Below are positions 32,285 through 40,070 of a stretch of DNA of 64,000 bases, piece by piece; the stretch's first letter is position 1; the number at the start of each line of letters is the position of its first letter. The notes under the pieces were generated by a model. The model made no database searches. It was not told the DNA's origin and was given only the letters and a program-made list of their open reading frames with translations. The stretch is taken from assembly GCA_017527155.1 (NCBI GenBank), contig JAFXQI010000026.1, forward strand, positions 883-64,882. The letters run 5' to 3'. The translations under genes were made by a program, and so were the position numbers. This DNA is from Kiritimatiellia bacterium. Lineage in GTDB: Bacteria > Verrucomicrobiota > Kiritimatiellia > CAIQIC01 > Lenti-01.

Positions 32285-33427
32285 ATGACGATGAAGAAGA
32301 GCGCAATTGCGATGTCCGCCGCGCTGGCCGCGGCGTTGGTGTGGGCCGCGTCCGCGGTGGCACAGGACGGCCCGGCGGCGGCCGACGGGGCGGCCCAGCA
32401 GCCGCAGGGCCCGAAGCCGTCGATGTTCCTGGTGGGGGTGGCGAAGGCGGGGACGGTGGACCACAATCCGGTGCGGACGTTCAGCGGGCGGGTACTCTCG
32501 CCGGAGACGGTGGCGGTGGTCGCGCAGGTGGCGGGGGAGGTCAAGAAGGTGAACTTCGAGGAAGGCGCGCTCCTCAAGAAGGGCGCGGTGATGTACAAGA
32601 TCGACCCCGTCAAGTACGAGGCCGCCGTCGCCTCGGCCAAGGCGCAGGTGGCGCAGGCCGCCGCGAGCGCGGACTACGCGCGCAAGTCGTTCGACCGCGC
32701 CCAGGCGCTGTTCGACAAGAAGGTCGCCTCCCCCGACGACCTCGACGCGGCCACCTCCGCCAAGGCGCAGGCCGAGGCCACCCTCGCGGCGGCGGAAGCG
32801 GCGCTGGTGACGGCGGAGGACAACCTGGCGCACTGCACGATCAAGGCGCCGGTGGACGGCAAGGTGGGGCTGAACGCGGCGGCGGCGGGCAACTACGTCT
32901 CGACGGCGTCGGGCGCGCTGGCGACGATCGTGCGCCAGGACCCGGTGCGGGTGGCGTTCGCGCCGGGCTCGCGCGACTACCTGGCGGTGTTCGGCGGCGA
33001 GAAGGGGCTCAAGGAGCTCTTCGCGGTGGGCGTGCGCCTGGCGGACGGGACGCTGCTGGAAGGCGGCGAGATCGAGTTCGCCGGCAACGAAGTGAACGCC
33101 TCCACGGACACGATGCCCGTCTACGCGCGCTTCGCGAACCCCGACGGCCTGCTCGTCCCCGGCGCGACGGTGAAGGTCGAAGTGCAGGCGCGCGAACCCC
33201 GCCGCTACGTCTCGCTCCCCGTCACGGCGGTGCAGCGCGACGGCGACCAGGCGTTCGTCTGGATGGTGGGCGAGAACAACCTCCCCGTCCGCCGCGACAT
33301 CGAAGCCGGCCCCGCGACGGCCACCTACCAGACCGTCCTCTCCGGCCTCGAAGCCGGCGAAGAAGTGATCGTCCGCGGCACCCACAAGGTCATGCCCGGC
33401 GTCCCCGTCGAGCCCGTGGAGCTGTAA
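32285..33427 (+). CDS. efflux RND periplasmic adaptor (MFP) subunit
   Basis: Signal peptide. Lipoyl/hairpin pattern GAVMYKIDPVKYEAAVASAKAQVAQAAA...NLAHCTIKAPVDGKVG. C-terminal barrel region. Confidence 0.9.
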   Translation: MTMKKSAIAMSAALAAALVWAASAVAQDGPAAADGAAQQPQGPKPSMFLVGVAKAGTVDHNPVRTFSGRVLSPETVAVVAQVAGEVKKVNFEEGALLKKGAVMYKIDPVKYEAAVASAKAQVAQAAASADYARKSFDRAQALFDKKVASPDDLDAATSAKAQAEATLAAAEAALVTAEDNLAHCTIKAPVDGKVGLNAAAAGNYVSTASGALATIVRQDPVRVAFAPGSRDYLAVFGGEKGLKELFAVGVRLADGTLLEGGEIEFAGNEVNASTDTMPVYARFANPDGLLVPGATVKVEVQAREPRRYVSLPVTAVQRDGDQAFVWMVGENNLPVRRDIEAGPATATYQTVLSGLEAGEEVIVRGTHKVMPGVPVEPVEL

Positions 33428-33435
33428 GCCCCCAC

Positions 33436-34656
33436 ATGCCCCGCAAGCCCGCCAAGCCGCACCCCGCGCCCGCCCCCGTCCCTCCCCTGGACGGATTCGA
33501 CGGCTTGGTCGGCCGCATCGCCGCGGCCTCCGACGCCTTGCGGGAAGGGGCGATGGCCGTCGTCAACCGCAGCGTCACCGCCCGCGCATGGCTCACGGGT
33601 TGCTACATCGTCGAATACGAGCAACACGGCCGCGACCGCGCGCAATACGGGGAGCGCCTGCTCGAACGGTTGGCGGAGCGGCTGGAAGACCGCGGACTTT
33701 CCGTCCCAAGCCTGAAAAAATTCAGGCAATTCTACTTGATGTACCCACGCCTTGCCGGCCCGATTTCCGCCTTTCTCGCCGGTCGGTTCGAAAAAGGACA
33801 GTCGGCGATTATCCAATTGCCTCCGGCCCGAACGGGAAAAGGAGAATCGGCGATTATCCCATCCGGCCCCCGTTCGTTGATTGCAGACGCGGACGGCATT
33901 CCGGAAGTGGACCCCGCGGTCCTTTTTTCACGTCTTTCGTTCACCCACGTCTTGCAGCTGCTTCCGCTCCCCGACCCCCTCCAGCGCACCTTCTACGCGT
34001 GGTCGGCCATCCGCGGCACGTGGAGCGTCCGCGAACTGCGCCGCCAGATCGCCAGCCGCTACTTCGAGCGCAGCGGCTGGAGCGGCGATCCCGCCCGGCT
34101 GGCGCGGCTGACCGACGCCCGTGCCGACACCGAAACGGCGCGCGAAAGCCTCCGTTCGCCGCACGTCTTCGAGTTCCTCGGCCTTGCGGCGAAGGACGTG
34201 TGGGAGGAGAGCGACCTCGAGCAGGCGGTGATCGACCACCTGCAGGCCTTCATGCTCGAGATGGGCCTGGGCTTCTGCTTCGAGGCGCGGCAGAAGAAAA
34301 TCCTGATCGACGGCCGCTACCACAAGATCGACCTCGTCTTCTACCACCGCATCCTCAAGTGCCACGTCCTCGTCGAACTCAAGGCCAAGCGGTTCGGCTA
34401 CGAAGACGCGGCGCAGCTGTCCGTCTACATGGCGCACTACCGCAAGCACGAGATGCAGCCGGACGACAACCCTCCGGTGGGCATCCTGCTGTGCACCGAA
34501 GCGGGGGCCGAGATGGCCGAATACGTCAGCACCTTCGTGGACCCGGGCCTGTTCGTGGCGAAGTACGAAGTGCAGCTTCCGCCGAAGGAGCGCATCGCCG
34601 CCTTCCTCAAGCGCGAGAACGCCCGCAACGCCCCGCCGGCGGGAGGTACGCCATGA
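33436..34656 (+). CDS. YhcG-like PDDEXK nuclease (DUF1016)
   Basis: FEFLGL...ESDLEQAVIDHLQAFMLEMGLGFCFEARQKKILIDGRYHKIDLVFYHRILKCHVLVELKAKRF. Only the last 406 codons of an 806-aa track ORF are credible. Confidence 0.88.
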   Translation: MPRKPAKPHPAPAPVPPLDGFDGLVGRIAAASDALREGAMAVVNRSVTARAWLTGCYIVEYEQHGRDRAQYGERLLERLAERLEDRGLSVPSLKKFRQFYLMYPRLAGPISAFLAGRFEKGQSAIIQLPPARTGKGESAIIPSGPRSLIADADGIPEVDPAVLFSRLSFTHVLQLLPLPDPLQRTFYAWSAIRGTWSVRELRRQIASRYFERSGWSGDPARLARLTDARADTETARESLRSPHVFEFLGLAAKDVWEESDLEQAVIDHLQAFMLEMGLGFCFEARQKKILIDGRYHKIDLVFYHRILKCHVLVELKAKRFGYEDAAQLSVYMAHYRKHEMQPDDNPPVGILLCTEAGAEMAEYVSTFVDPGLFVAKYEVQLPPKERIAAFLKRENARNAPPAGGTP

Positions 34657-34695
34657 CGGCGCGCCTCCGGCGGCCCGCCCGTGGCCTGCGGGGAG

Positions 34696-34820
34696 TTTTC
34701 CAACGATTGGAAAAAAACTTTCCAATCATTGGAAAAACCGGCGCGAATTTTCCAACCATTGGAAAAATATTTTCCAATCATTGGAAAACCGCCGAAAAAT
34801 TTTTCCAATCGTTGGAAAAC
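34696..34820 (+). repeat. AT-rich palindrome array B (5 copies)
   Basis: Units centred at 34705, 34727, 34757, 34779 and 34810 (spacing 22-30-22-31). Long identical runs shared with array C. Confidence 0.9.
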
Positions 34821-34859
34821 TCGCTTTGATCAATAACCCAGCAACAAAAGGACAACGCC

Positions 34860-35567
34860 ATGTCTGACAACCTCTCCACCGACCGCCCGCACAAATCTCC
34901 GCCATGGAAACGCATGCTCGGGATTGCCATTGGATGGCTTCTGGCCATGGGCGTCATGTTGTTGCTGCTGGACGGATGGTGGCGCGATGCACCATCGTTC
35001 GCCGTCATGTGGGGAACGATGGCCTTGTTGATGGCAGTTCCTTTCGCGGTGTCGGCGGCGTTGGTGTGGGGCGGGACGCGGTTGCGGCGCGGCGGCCGTC
35101 GCTGGGGAACGGCGCTCGTGGCCGTCGGGGTGGCCGGATTCATCGCGGCCGGTTCGATTCTGATTACCTTCGGGGGAAGTGCCGGGCCGTGGTGGGAGCG
35201 AATCGTGAAGCACGGGACGTTGCCGAACGGACGCGAATACGTCCTGTCCCAAGCCTGGGTAGACTGGTATGACGGCTACGACATCCGCATCTTCTTCCGC
35301 GAAGCGGACGGGAAATGGGTGTCCCTGTGCGGCGGCCACTGGTGGAAACCGTTCAGGCGCGTTACCGAAATCCAGCTGCATGAACCGGAGGGGGAGGTGG
35401 CCATCCGCACGACGCGCGGCGGCGAGTGGTTGCTGCGGGGGCATCGGACCGTCCACCCGGCGGAGATGACGCCGGAAGAACTCCATGCTTTCCACCGGGC
35501 GGAAATGGAAAATCTCCGCGCTGGGAAAACTCGCTCTGGAGAAGCGCCGCAAGGGGACGCACCATGA
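34860..35567 (+). CDS. A-family membrane protein 1 (4 TM plus soluble C-domain, unknown function)
   Basis: Paralogue of 38696-39382 (GTLPNGREYVLSQAWVDWYDGYDIRIFFREADGKW; HPAEMTPEELHAFHRAEM). Bracketed by arrays B and C. Confidence 0.65.
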   Translation: MSDNLSTDRPHKSPPWKRMLGIAIGWLLAMGVMLLLLDGWWRDAPSFAVMWGTMALLMAVPFAVSAALVWGGTRLRRGGRRWGTALVAVGVAGFIAAGSILITFGGSAGPWWERIVKHGTLPNGREYVLSQAWVDWYDGYDIRIFFREADGKWVSLCGGHWWKPFRRVTEIQLHEPEGEVAIRTTRGGEWLLRGHRTVHPAEMTPEELHAFHRAEMENLRAGKTRSGEAPQGDAP

Positions 35568-35650
35568 CCGCCCTCCTCCAACACCCCTTGCCCATCCCTT
35601 GCGCGGCGGCGCGGCAGGATGCCGCACCTCCCAGGGGGGGGCGGGGTTTC

Positions 35651-35717
35651 GGCCACAAAGAACACAAAGAGCACAAAGGGGGTTGGGAACTTTGTGCCCT
35701 TTGTGTTCTTTGTGGCC
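35651..35717. repeat. 28-bp-stem hairpin built from 9-nt units
   Basis: GGCCACAAAGAACACAAAGAGCACAAAG, 11-nt loop, CTTTGTGCCCTTTGTGTTCTTTGTGGCC (one mismatch). Confidence 0.8.
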
Positions 35718-35751
35718 AAAAAGGGATGGAGGGCGCGTCCAGGGGCGGAAA

Positions 35752-35910
35752 AATTTTCCAACCATTGGAAAAAAAGTTTCCAATCATTGGAAAAACCGGC
35801 GCGAATTTTCCAACCATTGGAAAAATATTTTCCAATCATTGGAAAAAACCGGAAAATTTTTTCCAATCATTGGAAAACCGGCGAAAAATTTTTCCAATCG
35901 TTGGAAAACT
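35752..35910 (+). repeat. AT-rich palindrome array C (6 copies)
   Basis: Units centred at 35763, 35785, 35815, 35837, 35868 and 35899 (spacing 22-30-22-31-31). Confidence 0.9.
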
Positions 35911-36286
35911 CGCCGCCCTCCTGCTCCTGCTGGCGGCGCCGTCGGCGCGCGCGGAAGACACGGTCTGGATGCCCGACCCCGCCGCCGTGGTCCGCTATAT
36001 GCGGACGGGCCCCTGGGACCGCACGGAGCGCGAAGTGCCGAAGGCCGAAGGAGACGGCATCATCGAGCTGCTGCGCGACGCCGAGCCGTTCCCGCGCCGC
36101 TATGTCCTCGAATCGAACCGGCATGACGGCGGGACGCTTTCCGGCGTCGCCCGCCTGTTTTACGGCGACGGCAATCTCTGGCGCATCATTTGGGAGGCTA
36201 ACAAAGACGCCGTTCCCGACCCGGACCGCCCCAAACCCGGCACCTCCCTCGTGATTCCCGCCCTGGCGGAAGGGGCCGCGCCGTGA
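35888..36286 (+). CDS. secreted LysM-domain protein (start codon unresolved)
   Basis: Signal-like KLAALLLLLAAPSARA and C-terminal LysM (TLSGVARLFYGDGNLWRIIWEANKDAVPDPDRPKPGTSLVIP). No ATG/GTG/TTG lies before the signal peptide. In-frame ATT 35888 and ATC 35897 lie inside array C; the nearest in-frame ATG is at 35726. Confidence 0.55.
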   Translation: MFPIVGKLAALLLLLAAPSARAEDTVWMPDPAAVVRYMRTGPWDRTEREVPKAEGDGIIELLRDAEPFPRRYVLESNRHDGGTLSGVARLFYGDGNLWRIIWEANKDAVPDPDRPKPGTSLVIPALAEGAAP

Positions 36287-36401
36287 CGGCAGGGCGGCAA
36301 AGGCGGCGTTTTCCCGTCCGATTGCAACCGAAGGCATTCGACGGCACGTGGTTTTCCCCGGCGTTCCCCTCTGGAATCCCATCCGCCCGGACTTCCAACC
36401 C

Positions 36402-36959
36402 ATGAAAAAACTCTTCCACATCCTCTTCGACACCGCTTGGGGGCCCGCCGCCGCCTGGGTTGTCGCCGGGGCCCTGGCAGGGGTTGCCTCCAATGCTTGC
36501 GCCGTTCATCCGGGCGACCCACGATCCACCATGCTCCTTGTCCTCGTCTGCCTGCCGCTTCTTTTGGCCGCCCTTGTCGCCTTGGGCGCGTTTGTCCGCT
36601 CGCTTCTGCGCCGGCGCTTTCTCCATGCCCTGCTCCAGATTCTCTTGATCGTTGCCGCCCAGGCGGCAACCGGCGTGGCCGTTGTCCCGTTGCTCGCTCC
36701 GGTCAACCGTTCGACTCCCATCCACACCCCGGACGCTCCACCCTCTCCTGACTCCTCCCTCCCCCCTTCCGCCCCTCCCGTCTCCCAGACATCCGAGTCC
36801 GCGCAGCGGCATTCGAGGCATTCTTGTAGATTCCGACCTCCCGCTTTCTTTCCGCAATTTGTCCGCCCGCAGGGCGCACCGCATCTTGTCACTTGTCACT
36901 TGTCACTGTGCCGGAGCCGCCCCCTTCCCGGGGTTGACGGAACAGGTCAAATGAACTAG
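36402..36959 (+). CDS. hypothetical membrane protein
   Basis: MKKLFHILF, then 3-4 hydrophobic helices and a Pro/Ser-rich tail that runs through a (CTTGTCA)x3 repeat at 36885-36906. The 3' end is uncertain. Confidence 0.4.
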   Translation: MKKLFHILFDTAWGPAAAWVVAGALAGVASNACAVHPGDPRSTMLLVLVCLPLLLAALVALGAFVRSLLRRRFLHALLQILLIVAAQAATGVAVVPLLAPVNRSTPIHTPDAPPSPDSSLPPSAPPVSQTSESAQRHSRHSCRFRPPAFFPQFVRPQGAPHLVTCHLSLCRSRPLPGVDGTGQMN

Positions 36960-36986
36960 TCTTCATGGCAGAAAGGAACGCCCCCC

Positions 36987-37265
36987 ATGACGGAACCCGC
37001 ACCTGCAATCGGATTGTTCGAAGCCAAGACGCATTTTTCGCGCATCGTCGACGACGTGGTCAACGGGCGCAGCGGCGCCGTGCCGGTGATGCGCCGCGGG
37101 AAACCGGCCGTGTACATCGTGGCGGACGCCTTCTACCGCCAGGCCACCGCCGGGGCCTCCCCGGGCATCCGCTACGGGCTGGCCAAGGGCAAATACCGGT
37201 TGGCGCGCGGCATCGACGCCGGCAACGCCGAAGTCCTCCGGCTCTTCCGCGGCGGTGAAGCGTGA
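36987..37265 (+). CDS. type II antitoxin, Phd/YefM-like
   Basis: 92 aa. GLFEAKTHFSRIVDDVVNG...PVMRRGKPAVYIV. Stop overlaps the toxin GTG start (GTGA). Confidence 0.75.
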   Translation: MTEPAPAIGLFEAKTHFSRIVDDVVNGRSGAVPVMRRGKPAVYIVADAFYRQATAGASPGIRYGLAKGKYRLARGIDAGNAEVLRLFRGGEA

Positions 37266-37648
37266 AGTACCTGCTGGACACGCACCTGCTGCTCTGGGCC
37301 ATCGTGGACGACCCCGCCTTCCCTCCGCGCGCCCGCAAGCTCCTGGCGGAAAGCGGCGCCGAGGCCTACTTCAGCGCCGCGTCCGTCTGGGAGGTGGCCA
37401 TCAAGAACGGCCTGCCCCACCGCTCGCTGGGGATACCGGCGGACGCCTTCCGGCGCGAATGCCTGGCGGCGGGCTTCCGCGAACTGCCCGTTGCGTCGCG
37501 CCACGCGGCGGCGGTCGAGTCGCTCCCGCACCGCCACGAGGACCCCTTCGACCGCATCCTCCTCGCCCAGGCCATCGAAGAAGACTGCACCTTCCTGACC
37601 CACGACACCCTCCTCCCCTCCTACGGCCCTCCCGTCCGCCGCGTGTGA
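37262..37648 (+). CDS. vapC: PIN-domain toxin
   Basis: MKYLLDTHLLLW, SVWEVAIK, HEDPFDRILLAQA, LTHD. The conserved acidic PIN residues are in the expected order. Confidence 0.85.
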   Translation: MKYLLDTHLLLWAIVDDPAFPPRARKLLAESGAEAYFSAASVWEVAIKNGLPHRSLGIPADAFRRECLAAGFRELPVASRHAAAVESLPHRHEDPFDRILLAQAIEEDCTFLTHDTLLPSYGPPVRRV

Positions 37649-37675
37649 CCCGTCCGCCCGGAAAACCGCAACACC

Positions 37676-38287
37676 TCAGTACCGCCCTCCATATTCCTTC
37701 CGCGCTTCGGCCGTCCATTTGGCGACGAAACCGCCCTTTGCATCCGTGTAGGCATCCCGGTCGTGCTCATGCCGCTTCCACAGGCGGAGCTTCAGCGATT
37801 CATATTCCTTCGCGGCGTCGGGGTGCTCGTTCAGGTAATCGCGGAAGTACAGCTCGCCGTTGTCCCCGGCATGCCGCAGGTGGATATGGTACACCTTGTC
37901 CGTAAACCCGTTTGGGGTATATCCCTTGTTGAGCGAGATCCTGGCCGCCCCGGCGGACATGACGGCAAAGCCGTTCCGTTCCAATATCCGGGCCAGGTCC
38001 TCCAATCCGCCGCTTTCGGGCACTTCGACCAGCACATCGACAATGTTCTTTGCCCATATCCCTTTGATCGCCGTGCTCCCGATGTGGCTGATCCTGCGGA
38101 TGGGACGTCCTGCGAACAGCTTCTTCAGCAGCATTTCCATCTCCCTGTAGTCCTCCGCCCACTTGCCATCAGGCTCGACAAGGACGATCGGAAACAGCTC
38201 CCACAATTCTTCCAACGACATCTCCGACAATTCTTTTCCCATGGCTGCCAACTCCCCAAGCGCCGATTTGCCGTCGGCCCTTTGCAT
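37676..38287 (-). CDS. GrpB family protein (UPF0157 nucleotidyltransferase fold)
   Basis: ISHIGSTAIKGIWAKNIVDVLVEV...YHIHLRHAGDNGELYFRDYLNEHPDAAKEYESLK. Visibly lower GC than neighbours. Alternative start at 38242. Confidence 0.85.
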   Translation of the reverse strand: MQRADGKSALGELAAMGKELSEMSLEELWELFPIVLVEPDGKWAEDYREMEMLLKKLFAGRPIRRISHIGSTAIKGIWAKNIVDVLVEVPESGGLEDLARILERNGFAVMSAGAARISLNKGYTPNGFTDKVYHIHLRHAGDNGELYFRDYLNEHPDAAKEYESLKLRLWKRHEHDRDAYTDAKGGFVAKWTAEARKEYGGRY

Positions 38288-38460
38288 GCAAATTCCGTAG
38301 AGCCACCAGTGCTCTTCACCGCCTTCCGCTTATATCCCCGCCCCCCTTGCCCCGCAAGAAAAAGAAGGTGCCCCGAATGCCCTTTCCTTTGGGCGGATTG
38401 GAACGGGATTTTCCAAGCTCACCCCATCCACGTCCCGCCCGCGCAGCGGGCGCACCGCAC

Positions 38461-38540
38461 TGAAAGGGTGAAAGGTTGAGGGAGTACGTTGAAGGGCCAT
38501 TCTTCGACTTTTCAACCTTTCGACTTTTCAACCTTTCACC
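38461..38540. repeat. hairpin with 8-nt micro-tandem arms, copy 1
   Basis: TGAAAGGGTGAAAGGTTGAGGG...GTTGAAGGG, loop, TCTTCGAC TTTTCAAC CTTTCGAC TTTTCAAC CTTTCACC. Confidence 0.75.
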
Positions 38541-38695
38541 CGTCGGGGCGGCCGCCGCGACGCGCGTTTCCCGTTGTCTCGCGCCGCGCCTTCTGCTAGA
38601 CGTTCCCTTGCAACCACACCTCTACGAACCAGAAGGGAACAAGGAGTGAGAACCATGGAGATGAAAAGCGGAAAAATGAAGCGGAAGGTGACGCC

Positions 38696-39382
38696 ATGAC
38701 GGCGGGACGGAAGTGGCTCTTGGGGGGATTGCTCGCGGTCGGCGCGGCGGCGGCGTTTTGCGGGCTTGCGTACTGGTTCTGGCGCGACGCGGTGTCGGTA
38801 CTCGCCCTGGTTTGGGTGCTTTGGATCCTGCTCGGCATCCCCGTCGCCTTGTGCGGATGCCTCTACTGGGCCGGACGCCGGCGCATCGGCTCCGGACGCC
38901 GCGGCGGACGGGCGATGGTCGGCGCGGCCCTGGCGGGCGGCGTGCTGGCCACCGCATTTTTCGGCTATTACCTCTGGATTGCCGGGCCGTGGTACAACGG
39001 CATCGTCCTGCGCGGGACGGCTCCGGACGGCGGCGAATACATCCTCTCCCAGGCGTGGACCGACTGGTTCGACGGCTACGACATCCGCCTCTTCCACCGC
39101 CAGCCGGACGGACAATGGCTCTCGCGCTGGGGCGGCTACAATTGGGAGTCGTATTACCGCGGCTACGAAATCGAGTGGAGCGGCCGCGCCCCCGTGATCC
39201 GGCTGGCCGACGGCAGCGAGCGCGGCTTCAACCACCGTCCCGACCGCCAAACCACCCATCCCGCTTTCCTTTCGCCCGACGACCTCCACGCCCTCCACCT
39301 CGCCGAAATGCGCACCGACCGCTCCATCCCCGGCATCTGGCACATCCTGAACAATGCGGATTCGGAAAGAGGCGCGCAATGA
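38696..39382 (+). CDS. A-family membrane protein 2
   Basis: 4 TM helices. GTAPDGGEYILSQAWTDWFDGYDIRLFHRQPDGQW; HPAFLSPDDLHALHLAEM. Paralogue of 34860-35567. Confidence 0.65.
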   Translation: MTAGRKWLLGGLLAVGAAAAFCGLAYWFWRDAVSVLALVWVLWILLGIPVALCGCLYWAGRRRIGSGRRGGRAMVGAALAGGVLATAFFGYYLWIAGPWYNGIVLRGTAPDGGEYILSQAWTDWFDGYDIRLFHRQPDGQWLSRWGGYNWESYYRGYEIEWSGRAPVIRLADGSERGFNHRPDRQTTHPAFLSPDDLHALHLAEMRTDRSIPGIWHILNNADSERGAQ

Positions 39383-39837
39383 AAAAGGAACGGCCCCGAA
39401 TGCGGATCAGATAAGCTCCGCCCGCCCATGGAACAAGCCCGCCCGCTCCCCGTTCTCCCCTGCCTGTGGCGCAAAACACGGAGCGTGCGGAGAAAGGAGA
39501 CACGGAGCTTTTCCAGGGAGGAGCTTCGCACTTCCAAAAACGTCCTCTCAGGAATAAGGGGCCAGGCCCGAACTTCCGCACTCCAGCCGTTCCTTTGTTT
39601 TCTTTTGTCCTTTTGTGCAAAAGCGCTCTCCAAGCCCTCCGCGTCTCCGCGTGGGTTTTCCTTCCCGAATCCCTCCCGCTCCCTTGTCGGACTTGGCGGA
39701 CTTTGAGTGGGACATTCTTCCGCCCTCCATCCGCCATGGCGCGGCAAGATGCCGCACCCCCGGAAGTGGCGCGGAAGCTTCCGGGCATGCATCGCGGGGA
39801 TTTCGGCGGGGCGGCTTCCAGGTAGGGCGCTGGATGT

Positions 39838-39878
39838 GAGATTACGGAAAACATTGGGCTTTTCGCTTGTTTTCCGCT
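39838..39878 (+). promoter_or_regulatory. UE family copy (5' half) upstream of RND gene
   Basis: GAGATTACGGAAAAC-N7-TTTTCG...TTTTCC. No ATGAA box; it is followed by the large 8-nt-unit hairpin. Confidence 0.4.
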
Positions 39879-39930
39879 TTCCAGGCGCCCCGCGGGCCTC
39901 CCGCCCGCGCCCCGACTGCACATCCGCGAA

Positions 39931-40070
39931 GGGTTGAAAGGTTGAAGGGGTGAAAGGTTGAAGGGTTGAAGGGTTGAGGGAATGGGCCGTCCTTCATCTT
40001 TTCAACCTTTCCACCTTTCAACCTTTCAACTTTTCAACCTTTCAACCTTTCAACCTTTCAACCTTTCACC
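39931..40070. repeat. large asymmetric hairpin with 8-nt micro-tandem arms, copy 2
   Basis: Left arm has ~6 units of GTTGAAGG/GTTGAAAG (39931-39980). Right arm has 10 units of CTTTCAAC (39991-40070). Ends 110 nt upstream of the RND start. Confidence 0.85.

Noticed and set aside
34696-35910. Palindrome arrays (also 9069-9204 and 52400-52556) as CRISPR arrays
   Set aside because: The repeats are only ~19 bp and the spacers only 2-12 nt. The spacers are themselves conserved between arrays, the repeats are perfect palindromes, and no cas genes are present.
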